Positions 21,425-34,489 are shown, counted from the first letter of the stretch. The stretch is 38,251 nt of DNA from Folioceros fuciformis (GCA_049999805.1 JBNGIO010002628.1:1-38251), one strand, 5' to 3'. Numbers and translations: made by a program. The notes: generated by a model from the sequence alone, not told the origin.

Positions 21425-24400
21425 ACAGGAGAAATGTCAGGAGTAATAGTAACAAGAATGACGCAGCAATGTCCCTTCTCCTCCCCGATTACAGGACCTA
21501 AAATCAAAAAACACTAAATGTCAGAACCAAGATAAGGTTTGAGAGATGAGAGGCCTCTGGATTGAGGCCATCGACATTTGCCACTGGGCAACCCTCTGAT
21601 TCACAACATGGAGACAACGCCCAATAAACCTTTAAGTGGATACTGCCTCCATTGCCGTCGCATAGCCAGAAACCTCAACTTCCTGTTGGACGAACAAGGG
21701 CAAGCCATTACTTTCCCAAATAGACTCAAATCCCTAGTGGAAAGACTTAAAGACAGAAATTTAGTGATGAATAGAAAAATTGACTATTTATTTGAGAGAA
21801 TTCAATACAGAGTTAACTTACTTGCGAGACCAGCCGAGAGCATGAATCATACCTTGCCTCCCTCTGCCACATGAACATCTGGGAGGATCTTGAAGATGTT
21901 GACAACGGAATTTCATTTCAAGCCCTCCCTCTAGAAGCCGACATGGCTTCTCCAGACCCCGATGAAGAACGGCTGCGACGTAGACGAGAGGATGAAGAGG
22001 CTGAGAGACAAACCGAAGAAGAAATAGAAGACTTGAAAAAACAACTAGCAAAGGTTCATGAAGCTTGGAAAACTAACCTCCTAAGGTTGGACTTTAAGGA
22101 GAAAGACAGGCTCACAAACGGGGGACATTACGATGTATGGGCCATATGGATGAAGGGATTCCTCCAAGAATCCACATTATGGCCATACGTGTCTAGTCTG
22201 ATAGGCAGACCAACACGAGAAGTCTTCCGGGGGTTCAATCTCCATTCAGTGCTCGGCACAACACCTGAGCAGGAATACTAGGACATTCATGACCATCGGT
22301 CACAAGCTGTCATTAGGTCTGGCTTGTCAGAAGCCATGGTCATCAGCACTTCATCTGCGACCACATCTAAAGGAATGTGGGACATGCTCAAATTAGTTTA
22401 CCAATCACATGATTTGATGTCAAGAATGCAAGCTAGCAACAAGTTCTACTCGCTAAGAATGCGTGAGAATGAGCCAGTGGATGCATTCATTGCTCAATTC
22501 AGATTGCTAAGACTAAAACTGGCTCAAGCAAGCACAGTCATCATCGAGGAAGACGCATGCCTCCGGTTCTTATTAGCGCTGCCCAGTAGCTATTCGAACT
22601 TCGTCACTAGTGAGAGTGCGGTGCTACGTATGACAAAACAGATGTCATTAGCACCCGGAGCACAATATGAACCGAGCCAACTTACCTTCAATGCGCTTGT
22701 GAGTGCTGTCATGTAAGAGGAGATAAGCAGATCCTCCTCAAGGTCCTCAAATAGGAATCAAGTCCTATTCACAACTCCCCCCCACAACGATTCGGAAGGA
22801 GACATGGAGGGCCTCTTAGACAAAATCAAGGGCAATATGGTCGATCCCTCCAACTTCAAAATGTGTTGCATGTACTAGCGATGTCCAAAAACTTGGTGTC
22901 TGTGCGCCAACTAACAGCACAACCAGGGACATCCATCAGTTTCACATCAAATGAATGCCAGTTTATCAAGAATGGGAATGTAATTGGCAAAGAGAGGCTG
23001 GAGGATGACCTTTATTTCCTTGATTTGACCGATAATCCCTAGCTCAGGTACAATCCTACCTTACGCATGGTATCCCACCAGACCAGCTTGGCAGGCTATG
23101 GCATATGAGATTGGGTCACCCCAACTATGCAGAATTACAGTCCATCAACAAGCTGAACATCTACAAAGATATGCTGAAGAGCAACTCTGTTAACCCCCCA
23201 CTGTGTGTGACTTGCGTACATGCAAAACACACAAGGTCTGCCTTCCCAACTGTAGCATCAACACGAAGTACACGATCTCTACAACTCCTACATAGCGATC
23301 TGTGTGGACTAGTTTCCGTACCTTCTCTCAGTGGAGCTCGCTACTTCATGACTGTCGTGGATGACTACAGCCGATACACCTGGGTGTATGCACTCAAGAA
23401 AAAATCTGAGGTTTTCATTACATTCTGCAATTTCCATAGACTAATTGAAAACCAGCTAGGTACCAAGATCTGTGGACTCAGAACAGATAATGGCGGAGAG
23501 TTTGACTCAAGTGAGTTCACGAACTATTGCACAAAACATGGGATAGCCAGACAATACACAGCACCCTACAGTTCTAGCCAAAACGGCGTTGCAGAAAGGA
23601 AGAACGGAACTCTACAAGAAACCACACGAGCCCTATTACGACAAGCATCTTTGAAGTTACATTATTGGGCTGAAGCGGTGGTCATGGCATCATACGTATA
23701 AATTAGGCTGCCTGGATCTGCCACGGGCACCTCTACTCCCTATGAACTTCTATATGGCGGTCAGACAGAGCTAAAAAACTGATTTTCATTGGATTTACAC
23801 AAGGCATAAAAGCCTATAAGCTATACAATCCTTCTACAAAAGAGGTGATATACTCACGAAGCGTTGTTTTTGATGAAAATAGCATCTTGGATAATGCCGA
23901 GTCAGGGGAGGGGGAAGACGATGAGGTTGTGGTTGAAAACGAATATAACGAGGATGATGCACCTGTGGAAGACCCAATGCCACACAACACATACGACTCG
24001 ACATTATCAGAATCCAACCCTAAACCACATCAGAACCTGGACTACAAGGCACTAGATTCAATCCTACCTGAAGTAGTACCGGATGGCCTAGAACCAGAGG
24101 CTGAACAATCTGTAGTATCTCCACCAGCTCCACCAATTGGCCGAACCCTCAGACCACGAGCCAACCTCAGGCCTCCTGATCCGTTCAGCCCCTCGGATTG
24201 GCAATCAAGGACAACTCACACAAATTGGAGTATTGGCAAAGCCACAACCAGCAATCCGGCACAAGGAGAACATGTCCACATGTTACTCACTAAACAACAA
24301 GTTCATGCACTTGCAGCGGCAGTACCGATTCAAGGTGGTGATCCACATACCTTAAAAGGAGCCTTCAGCAGCCCAGAGCAGAAAAATGGAAAAAAGGTGT

Positions 24401-26108
24401 CGACGAGGAATACAATTCCTTGATCCAAAACGAGACATGAACACTGACTGATCTACCCTAGGGCCGTCATCCCATATCATGTAAGGGGGTTCTAAAGCAT
24501 AAGTACAACCAACATGGCGAAGTTGTGCGTCACAAAGCTAGACTAGTGGCCCACGGTTTCACCCAAAGGTATGGCGAAGATTACACCGAAACCTTTGCTT
24601 CAGTGGCAAAGTTCACCACACTCAGACTACTGTTGGCCATATCTGCACATGAGGACCTTGACTTACAATAGTTAGATGTGAAAACAGCATACCTAAATGG
24701 GATAATCCATGAGGACATTTACATGTCACAACCTGAGGCTTACAAAGTGAAGGGCCATGAGCACAAAGTATGTAAACTCAACAAAGGAATATATGGCCTT
24801 AAGCAAAGCGGTAGAAAATGGTATGAACGCCTCGATGAGAGCCTCCAAAACTTAGGCTTCAAGAAATCCGAGGCAGACTCTAGCTTATACACAAAGAAAA
24901 GGGGAAATGCTTACCTTCTCTTGCTTGTATATGTTGATGACATATTATTGGCGTCGAATTCTGATCATTTGATTCGAGTAGTCAAGAAACTGCTAAGCTC
25001 AGAGTTTGAAATGTTCGATATAGGCAAGCCATCTTATATTCTCGAAGTACAGATCAGTAGAAATAGAAAAAGTGGCACACTAACCCTAAATCAAAAGAAA
25101 TATGTGGATGACATGCTGAAAAAGTTCAACATGTCTAACGCACACGGGTCTAGAACCCCACTAACTGTAGGCATGAAGCTAGAAAAAGGGAAAAGTCTGG
25201 AAAGCATGACGAAAGAGGAAAGGAACTCACTGTCATCGATTCCATATATGCAGGCAGTGGGGTCACTCATTTACCTCGCGTGCTTGACACGCTCAGAACT
25301 AGCCTTTCCAGTTCATCTCGTTTCCCAATTCCTCTCAGTGTACACAGAAGAGCATAGGGGACAAGTAAAGATCTTCAAGTACCTGCCGAACACATAGACG
25401 TACGGGTTAGTGTACAAAAGGAAAAATGAACCCCTAATTCTCACGGCCTACTCAGACAGCGACTGGGCTACAGACCAAGTTACGAGGAAGTCTGTCGGAG
25501 GTTACCTTTGCATGCTCGCAGGTGGTCCCGTATCATGGACAAGCAAAAAGAACAGCAATGTCTACCTATCAAGCACTAAAGCTGAATACAAGGCTTTGAC
25601 ATCGGCAGCCAACAAAATCGTATGAGACAGGCGCTGCCTCAGAGATCTCGAGCAAAAACAGAAAGAGCCTACGGAGTTACTCTATGACAATATGGGAGCT
25701 ATCGCATTGTCTGGAAACCCTGTTTTCCACGCAAGAACGAAACATATAGCAGTGTACGACCACTATATCAAGGACATGGTCGCCATCGGAGAGGTGAAGC
25801 TTAAATACATCAGCACCTCCGACAACCTTGCCGATGCGTTAACCAAGTCGTTGCCCTCAGAGACCCTTGAAAGACATTGCAAAGCGATGGACCTAAGATT
25901 CGAAGAGCCCGAATGACAATCAATCAGCCCTCCAGACCTTATCCAAAGGCAGTTGGGGCTACGCTACTCAGTGTGATACTCACTAAGAAAACACAGTGAC
26001 AACAGTAAAGATAAAAATCAACCTCGCCACCACCGAGCAGCTATCAAAAGCAGTGAAGGCGGCTGCATCAAAATGAACCGGCCAACCACGAACACGCGAA
26101 GTACGATC

Positions 26109-26118
26109 GGAGTGGGGG
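26109..26118 (+). promoter_or_regulatory. Polypurine tract
   Basis: GGAGTGGGGG immediately before the 3' LTR. Confidence 0.8.
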
Positions 26119-26376
26119 TGTTAAAGGGGAAACCCCGATGCATCCTGCACTTTAGTTAGGGTTTAGGCCACCGACCGCCACATGGCAAATTGATAATTAG
26201 TTTATATTAATAACCAATAGATGGCAAATAGGTACATATAGTCCAATAGTCATATAGGCAGAACGAACGATATAATCGTTGGCAAGAGTTACAACGTTTC
26301 ACGCCGGATTCTCAGCATTGTACACAAGGACAGAATGGCCATGACTTAATCTAAACTATCTTGCAAAGATTCAACA
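26119..26376 (+). repeat. 3' LTR (258 bp)
   Basis: Direct repeat of 21160-21412, followed by the TSD. Confidence 0.95.
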
Positions 26377-26386
26377 CAAACAGTTT

Positions 26387-26953
26387 GGACATAACGTTTA
26401 TGCCTGCTTCGGTCATAGGGCACAAAGTAGGTGTCCCGATCAGGACACCTACTTTGTTTTATCCCTCACGTCCCGGTCCGTCTCCTCCACTCACACTCAT
26501 TCCCTTTTTTAGTTAGTTAGGGTTAGGGCCGCATCCATGGTTCAAAGCCTTCCTTCGGACCTCAGCGTTCATCGCCTCCTGCACACCCCTAAACCGTCTG
26601 AGTTTTCGCCACTCCAACGTACAAGGGGACGTTCCTTCTTGCCTTCCTCGCTATGCGGGGTACTATTTAACCCTAAACCCACCTCTCCCTTCCCATTCGC
26701 AATGTATCCCCACATCACGATGAGGCACCCTCTGAAGCACTTGGGAGTTCCAGAATCGGGAGCGGGAGTTCTAGAATCGGGAGCGGGAGTTCCAGAATCG
26801 AGAGCTCCCAATTGTCCCAAAACGCTGTGCGATTGTCCCAAAACATTGTGCCACCTAGAACACCCGTAAACGAATCTTAACACACTGTATGCAATGGGGA
26901 CGAATCTTAAAAGACACTATGTATGAACCGAAATGAAGAAAAACGTTGTGTCC
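26387..26953. mobile_element. Putative non-autonomous DNA transposon (MITE/MULE-like) with ~33-bp imperfect TIRs
   Basis: GGACATAACGTTTATGCCTGCTTCGGTCATA at the left is inverted relative to TATGAACCGAAATGAAGAAAAACGTTGTGTCC at the right. Internal 15-bp hairpin, telomere-like motifs and 21-bp tandem repeats; no clean TSD. Confidence 0.5.
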
Positions 26954-27443
26954 CTTTCGGTCCTCTTTGCTAGGTAGGTTGGATGACATGGTAAGGTAGA
27001 GTAGAAGAATATTCCTTAGATGCCATGGAATATTTACGTATACAGTATGAATTCCAACAAAAAAACAAACAACAATCTATAGTCCTATCCGCATGGCTAT
27101 TCCATAGCTTTGTGTTTCAATCATGATTTTTTAGGGTAGATGAGTTTTTAATCTTTTTTTCTAAAATAAATAAAAACTTCTTTGGTGTGGAATTTTTATA
27201 GTAATTCCTATTTCAAACATAATATTTTGATTGCTAGCTACCGATGTACTGTAGTTCAAATGGTGAAAGGGCAGGTCGATCGTCCGTTGTTGTCCCCTGC
27301 CTTGTATGATGAGCATGACGAGGACTGAAGAACTACCAGCAGGCATGCACACATCCAGGAAGCAGACCCCATTGTAGGCAATAGTACCTCACGGGTCCCG
27401 TGGTTCCAGCCTTTGGCAGCTGCCGCTGGGCCTGGGGCGGCAG

Positions 27444-28231
27444 ATGGCAGCTGAAATGCAGCGGGGGTGCCACCACCTCGGGATGGGCCTTCTCTGGAGC
27501 TGCATTTTGGTGAGCTTCATCTCTAGTTTGGCGCTGCATAGCATCGTGCTGTCAGTTGGAATGGGAGGCTTGGCTGAGGGGAAGAAGGTGCACATCCCCG
27601 ACGACCTGGACGACGTGGTGGACAGCGAGGAGGACGAGGAATGGCGGGCATGGGGCCAGCCTAAGCCCAAGCCGCCGCCTCCCTTCGACCCGCCCCCGGA
27701 CATGACGGGCCTCACCCCCGAGCAGATTCAGGCGGAGATGATGAAACGCACCATCGGCCCCACTATTGGCTTTGCCAAGCTGCGCATAGATGACAAGCGA
27801 GAACCGGTAGGAAAGATGTTTCCGAGTGGTGTAGTTGATGGCAAGTCTGCTGACAGGGCTTGGTGATGTCCAGGATGTGGTTCCGAGAGTCGCCAAGAAG
27901 TGGACCGAGCTCCTGAAATCTGGGTCCATTCAGGCTAAGATTTATGCCGTGGACGGCAATACGCTCATGTTTATGATATCTGATAGCCAGGATACCATGG
28001 AGGTCAGTTGCTTCAAGAAAACACGCGTTGGACGGTCACTTTTAAGCCCATATGCATTGAATGACACTTGGTTGTGCATGACAGGTGAAGGATTTCGTCC
28101 TGAGCCAACAAGAGGCCTACGAATTCAAGTTAGGACAACAAGCATATCGTAGACCAGGGGACCCCTCTTTGGAGGAAGTCATGCTAAGGATGCGACAAGA
28201 GGAGGAAGTAAAATCGAAGGATGAGTTGTGA
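27444..28231 (+). CDS. MESD-like (LRP chaperone family) ER protein, 3 exons (27444-27806, 27874-28002, 28085-28231); start could be a downstream ATG
   Basis: Signal peptide, HIPDDLDDVVD.EEDEEW..WG, FDPPP, GFAKLR, KW..LLK.G, K.F.LSQ..AYE.K and C-terminal KDEL; introns in phase. Confidence 0.85.
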
Positions 28232-28369
28232 ACAAACGCTTGTTCTTCCTCGGCACCTGTTGTCCGGGCCTTGACAACCGATTACCTCCATCCACTGTTT
28301 GCTAGTCGGTAGAGCACGCTATATCCCTTTTCACTCACAGGCAGTTGAGTTGATAAGTAAAGACATTCA

Positions 28370-31288
28370 TCACGCGGCAACTAGCTCCAAGCTCGATGGT
28401 TCCTGTCGTGTTGAAAGACCCGGGAACTGGCCAATGTCGTGACCTTCTATCTCTGTGAACCCCTTCTCCAAGCCCACACAAAATTCCTCTGGGTTCAAAT
28501 CACCTCTGTCTCTGTAATCAGCAATCTGCACGGAGGAGGATGTGAGACGAACGTGGATGGAAGAAGTGAGATGTGATGGAAGACGCTCGAGCACATCGCA
28601 CGCATAGGATCAGACCAAAACTTACATGCTCCGCCATTGCAATGCCACTGATAGCTGCAGCCTCTAAGCTTGATCCCAGAAGCCAGTCACCGCATATTCC
28701 CACACGTGAGAAAGCGTCAAATATGCACGGCAGACCTGGAGTATTCGTGGGCAATCCAGCGCCCCTGCACAACAGCAACAGAGCTGTCATGTCACGTCTA
28801 ACACTAATGCACAACTTGTGGTCAGCGGCGCTTCCCAAAGACCTTACTCACCAGAGCTGAACCTTGGAAAAAAAGGGTTTGGGCATTGAGCCCTCCTCAA
28901 GGCCAAGTGCAACCTCCACTCCTTGTAGCATCTCCCTGGTCACTCTTTGTGCTCTCACGACAGGTATACTCTCCTGCAGATCAGGAACAAGTTAACGCTG
29001 TAATTTGTCGGCATACAGCTTGTAAGACAGGGTTCCTGGATTGGTACCTGAGGAACTTTGTTCTTCTTGCCATATTGTGCTGAACTGAAAAACGTGTAGC
29101 AGTGAGGAGCGGCATCCCGGGAAAGCTTGCTTGTGTTATTGCCGATCCATGTCACTGCGTTAATTCCCTCCACGAAAGCACCAGCAAGGTGCCCTCCAGG
29201 CACTCCTTGAGGTGCAGGCAGGGGATCATCGAATGCCGCCATGAGTGCCCAGATGGAGCTCAACTCCATTCTCTGTGAGCAGCAACGGGGACTGGTTAGG
29301 GGAGATGTGACTGAGGGGGAACACCACCACTTGCTCGGCATGGGCTGCACCCTTGCAACATAGACCGTACACTGCACCCTTGCAACATAGACCGTACACT
29401 GCACCCTTACTTTCATTTGCTTGTAGATGAACGGGGCGCCTGCTGGTGCAAGAAGGCGATTTGCACACTTTCCTGCATGAAAAGGGAGTAAACTTAAACA
29501 CGAAATGTGACGAATAAAGTGAGCACTTGAAGGTCACATGTTCCCGTCCGAAAGGAAGCAACACTCACCATTGTGAGCGATAACCACTGCATCAAAGGTG
29601 CCCTCTGGGTTTTTGTATTCACTCAAACTCCAGCGGCTGTTGTGAGGATACATCTTGCTAATCCACACGGGTCTCCTGACTGTAATTAGTTTGCTCTGCA
29701 GACAAACCAAGAAACGACAGATGCACAAATCCGTCACAACCCAAAGAAATGATAGATCCCCACACTTCTCCGCTATAGCGAAGACCCTGTCTCACATCCT
29801 GTCTTCTCGCCAAAAGACCTCTGCTAGGAATATACATCTAGCCTCACCTGAGAAACCAAATGGTCGGCAAGAAGACGCATCCCATGGCTGCCAACGTACC
29901 TAGCAGCGGGTGGGAGCTCAGTGTACTGCCCTCCTGCTTTCAAGGTTCCCAACGAGCCAGTCCATTCCTTGACAGCTCCCTGTGATACCCACTGATCCAC
30001 AAGCTTTTGGAAACGTGGATCCGTCACGGTAAAGAACTGGGCAGCATGATCGAAGATCAGGGGTGCTGACCCCTCACGCAGCTCGATGTGCCTTGTTGCC
30101 ATGCGTCCTCCAAGACCATGCTTCCCCTGCGAGGACAGCGTTGGGCCAGACGTCAACTCAGCATTAAGATGCAGAGCTGTTCGACGAAGATCCATGTGTC
30201 AAAAAAAACATGGAAAGCAACTACCAATACCCTGCAACACAACGTGGGTCAGAAACACTGACCGTGTCAAAGACTGTTGAGCGTATTCCAAGCTTCTCCA
30301 GCGTAAGAGCACATACCAGGCCAGACATCCCTCCCCCTAGAATTGCTACTTCAGGGTTCTTGTTAATGACCCGCTCATGTGTCATTTGTGGGGCGATGGC
30401 AGGTTCTTTCACCCTCTTCTTCTTCTCTGTCTTGAAACCATCATCCTTACCTCCCTCAAAGAAGGCACGACCTGTTGCACCTCCCTCCTCCTCTGCTTCT
30501 CCTTCCAATCCCCCATCACTCTGAAACGAGGTTGCATTATTCCTTCTGCCACCAAACCTGGAGCCTGCCGTGTTGGCTCCACTATCACCATCCCTTTGAA
30601 ATCGTGAGCCTACGTCTCCTTTCCTTTCACCATTCCACTCCCTGGACCTCGTCTCTGTGCTACCACCCCTAACATCCCAATCTCTGTCCCTTCCCCAAGC
30701 GGTGGACCTACTCACTCCCCTGTCTGGCTGCCTGAATGATTCACCTCGTTGTTGTTGCTGATCCTCACCCCGTCTGAAATTCACTTCACTCCTTTCCCCT
30801 GAAAATCTCTTCACATACACAGAGTCTTCTTCCTCCCGCCGGAAGGCCGGCCTCCTTTCCTCTGAATACCCATCTCTAGGTCTGTCATTGTAGCCATCCC
30901 TACCCACGGGTCTCCTCCCAGAATCTCCTTCCCTCCTGTCATCCCTGCTCCTGTACGACCCTCCTCCTTCCCTCCTGTCATCCCTACCCCTGAAAGACGC
31001 TCCTTCTCCCCTCCTGTCATCCCTGCCCCTGTACGACCCCCGAACGCTCATGCTCTGGATTCCCAGTGGCCTACATCCAGCCACATCCCCATGACAACCT
31101 GCAGAATCATCCTCAGGGGCAGGGGAGTACAATGCACTCTTGTCACGACCGAACAATGAGTCGGAGTACGAGATCAAGCGCAGCACGTGGGTAGGAGGTG
31201 CCGAGTTGGAACAAGTCGAGGACCAATGCGACACCAAGCGCAGGGAAGAGGAGGGAACGCTGCACTGTGCAGCTACAGATGTGAACAT
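28370..31288 (-). CDS. Renalase-like FAD/NAD(P)-dependent oxidoreductase, multi-exon, probably plastid-targeted
   Basis: ILGGGMSGL Rossmann motif, GLGGRMATR, FDHAAQFF, AVVIAHNG, VQLWGAGLP and GICGDWLLGSSLEAAA. Exons include 31288-30263, 30126-29848 and 29695-29569; further GT-AG exons lead to the stop at 28370. Confidence 0.92.
29345..29408. repeat. Intronic 27-bp tandem repeat (about 2.4 copies) abutting a splice donor
   Basis: CTGCACCCTTGCAACATAGACCGTACA repeated next to the donor at 29410. Confidence 0.9.
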
Positions 31289-31634
31289 CGCTTGTGAGCT
31301 GTTACAAGCCCACCGAAGTTCGCAAGGGCGACCGGTTTTGCTAATAGCTGCAGCGTTGTCATCCAGTCAGATTCCCATGAAGCCCTGCAGATCTACAGTC
31401 ACACCATAACCAAAAACGAGTGAAAGAGTTCGTTTACAGCTAAAACCACCGTTGGTTCCAAGGTGATCGGTGGATGCGTTCGGCGGCAGTCGGACTTACT
31501 CCAGCTATGTCATCTGCTATTCTGGTTCTTGCCATCAGCATGCCAGCAGCTGCCTTTTGGTCATTGGCGGGCTCTTGAGGACAAGGACTTATCTGAGCCA
31601 TGTAGTGGCTGTCGTCGACTCCCAGCCGTTGGGC

Positions 31635-32294
31635 ATGGCTGCAGCCTGCGGGCACTGTGCCCTGTTGGGCCTGCCTCCGATTAAACCTCTCGGAAGGGTG
31701 GTATCCGTGTGCTCCAGAAGGTCCACTTGTGCAATTGGGTCATCCCCGGTATGGAGAAGCGGATCCGGATCCAAGAGGGCGTGTGCACTTAGATTTGGCG
31801 TAAGAGAGAGGCAACGTTCGTTGCGTAGACACGCCTCCTCGGGGAACCGTGGTGGAAACGACGAAGACGATGAGGACAGCGACGACGATGAGGACGCAGC
31901 ACAAGGAAGTGGGCGGGACGAAGTGGAGCAAGAGGATGTTCAGCCTAAGGAGGAGGCGTCTGGTTGGGGTTGGAGGTTTCCATGGGGTAGGAACAGAGAC
32001 AGAGAAAGGAGGGAGCGGCAGGCGAGAGATGAGGAAGCAGATCGGGCACGGAAGGAGAGGGATGGTATCTTCATGTTGGACATAGATAACGAAAGCTTGG
32101 AGCTAAGGTGGCAGGATCTCCTCGACCCAACTGTGGAGAACGTCCTGGCTCTCATATTAACCGGATGCCTGGTTCTAGCAGTAGGGCAAATTCTGTGGCA
32201 ACTCTTCGTTGTGGCAGCGGCCATCACCGTCTCGGCCATCAAATACACAGTACTCGCAATTTTCCTCATTGCCCTCCTGGTGTTCTTTGTTTAG
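31635..32294 (+). CDS. Uncharacterised plastid-type membrane protein, single exon, 219 aa
   Basis: Transit-peptide-like start, acidic linker, and a conserved-looking C-terminus LRWQDLLDP..EN.LA..LTG....Q.LWQL....A.KY with hydrophobic helices. Confidence 0.75.
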   Translation: MAAACGHCALLGLPPIKPLGRVVSVCSRRSTCAIGSSPVWRSGSGSKRACALRFGVRERQRSLRRHASSGNRGGNDEDDEDSDDDEDAAQGSGRDEVEQEDVQPKEEASGWGWRFPWGRNRDRERRERQARDEEADRARKERDGIFMLDIDNESLELRWQDLLDPTVENVLALILTGCLVLAVGQILWQLFVVAAAITVSAIKYTVLAIFLIALLVFFV

Positions 32295-32600
32295 AGGGAA
32301 CAGGGTAGCTTTCACCTCGAAACTTGCAACATTGAAATTCGCGTTCCGGCACGAACAAGATCGACCCCATCTTCTGGAGTTTCGTCTTCCTAGTTTCAGA
32401 ATTTCAAATCTTGTGCATCTTGAAAACAGAAATTGAGGTGGTCCATCCCAACACAAACGCACCCCCTGGCCATTTTCAGTAGTCTCTGGTGACTACCAGC
32501 CCGCTTGAGTTTCATCCATTTAGTAAAGTAGTTCTTGTACCTGGACGATGGACTTTGCCAAAACTTGTTTGGATTTGCCTGTGAAGGATGTGAGCGGATT

Positions 32601-34489
32601 ATGAGCAGGGCGATGGAAAGCTGCGGCCTCACAGCTTCTTGCATGCGTGAGCCGCGGTCAGCTTGGACAGCGATGCAATGGAGGTTTGGAACTACGGTGT
32701 CCTTGATGAAGTGGAAGAGCCTGCCAACTCCAGCCTGCCTTGCTCCTATTTCGACTTGCGACATGAAGGTGGTGCAAGCAACCCAGCAGCGAGGGAGAGG
32801 GAGGTACACGCCACCAGTACGATGGTGCTGCGGTGTTCCACCAGGTGACTGTGACATGGGCAAGAGCAGCGTTTGCAGAGCAGCAGCACGAGTAGCAGCG
32901 GCAGATGATGATTGTTGCTGGGAAAAATTGCAGCTGCCAGATGCATCGTATGAGTCTGAAGGGGAAGAGTGGGAGTCTGTTGACAGTAGCGGAGCGTGGG
33001 AACATACTGGCCGAGGGATCGTCGCTCGGAAGCTCAAGAAGACAGAGGATCCCGTTGCCTTTTTGCAGGAAATCGGAGGAATCAGTGCTGCAGTGCTGTG
33101 GGATGTGCTTTCTTTCCTCGTGGAGCACAGCCGCTTCACCCAGGCACTTCAGGTTACCATTTTCCTCCTCTTCAAGTGCAAGTGTACTGGCGATTGCGTA
33201 CCCTTTTGTGGGTTGGATCGGTCTAAGCCATGTCTGTATGCTTTGATTCACGGTTTTCTGTTTTTGCTACACAGGTGGTGGAGTGGTATCGAAAGCAGGA
33301 TGGGTATGATCCTGGAGAAGTGCAGTATTCCAAGTTCATCAACATTGCAGCCAAGGCAAAGATGGCTGCCAAAGCACAAGAGCTCTTTGATGAGATGGTA
33401 GGCAAAGGCATACTTCCTACATTTCACTCCTACACCTGCCTTTTGCATGCATATGCGGACTCAGACTTGTTCCATGAGGCTGAGAAAGTGCTGTCCGACA
33501 TGGTGGAGAAGGGTTGCAAGCCCTCCGCAGTCACATACTCGTGTTTGATTCATGCTTATGGCAGGCACAACATGTTGGATGAAATGGCTAAGCTGTTCAA
33601 CGACATGAAGACTGTGAGTTGTTCCCCTGACCCTTTCACCTATGCCACATTGATTCGAGCCTATGCCAGGGGTGGTCTTATCAAGAGGATGACCAAGACA
33701 TACAAGGAAATGGGAGCTCGTGGCTGGGGAAGGAATGCACCTTGTGTGAACCACATGATACAAGCATATGCAGTTGCTGGGTTAATAAAGGAAATGGAAG
33801 CAGGCTACCAGTACCTGAGGAATGAGAGACTGGCGGTTGGCGAGGATAGCATCAGGGCTATGGCTCTTGCCTATATCCGAAAATGCTATTTCTTCCAGCT
33901 TGGAGTGTTCGTGAAGAATGCAGGTTTGAAGCGGAACAACGTGAAGAACCTGCTATGGAATCTTCTTCTTCTTTCGTTTGGAGCAAATTTTTCCATGAAA
34001 AATCTGGAGCGGGAGTTCGCAAACATGAGGTTGGCTGGATTCAGGGCCGATATAACAACGTTCAATATACGGGCCCGAGCATTCTGCAACATGCACATGT
34101 ACTGGGACCTCCACATAACTGTGCAGCACATGCTGGCCGAAGGCATTCTGCCTGACTTGATCACATTTGAGGCGATTATTGATGCGTATCTGGATGGGAG
34201 GTTGGAAGCAAAGCTCGGTGACGCATTGCAGGAAACCCGATCATTGCATTTACGCCCAGAGATCAGAACGGAGTCGTTCGTTGTGGAAGCATTTGGTAAA
34301 GGGAATTTCCATGCGTTCTACGAGGAACTCTCCTGCTACCTTTCGGAAGAGAAAGTAAAACAAGTGACTTACGCAGACGTTGTGAGCCTTTACTTGGAAT
34401 ATGTAAAGCGCAAAAGCAAACAGGACAAGCCTCAGCAGCGGCGTCCTCGAGCAAATATCATCAAGAAAGAGGCTCATTTCAGCCTGTGA
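32601..34489 (+). CDS. P-class pentatricopeptide repeat protein, 2 exons (32601-33152, 33275-34489), 588 aa
   Basis: Tandem 35-aa motifs (SYTCLLHAYA, TYSCLIHAYG, TYATLIRAYA). C-terminal LWNLLLLS..ANF.MK.L.REF, TFNIRA.AF and GKG.FH resemble the At3g42630-type PPR (from memory). No E or DYW domain. Confidence 0.9.

Larger units (their letters stand above)
21160..26376 (+). mobile_element. Ty1/copia LTR retrotransposon, both LTRs present, internally deleted and mutated
   Basis: TG...CA LTRs and 5-bp TSD CAAAC (21155-21159 and 26377-26381). Domains in copia order: gag (21871-22716), integrase (RLGH..C..C, HSDLCG, RTDNGGEF, QNGVAERKN), RT (YGLKQSGR, YVDD), RNase H (YSDSDWA, RTKHI). Many in-frame stops. 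Confidence 0.97.

Noticed and set aside
21871..25916. Premature stops as candidates for RNA editing or recoding
   Set aside because: They co-occur with frameshifts and deletions and fit C-to-T decay of a methylated nuclear TE.
21151..26390. Palindromic copia target site (GTGCAAAC-A-GTTTGGAC when rejoined)
   Set aside because: Short and imperfect, and partly formed by the neighbouring TIR; likely chance.
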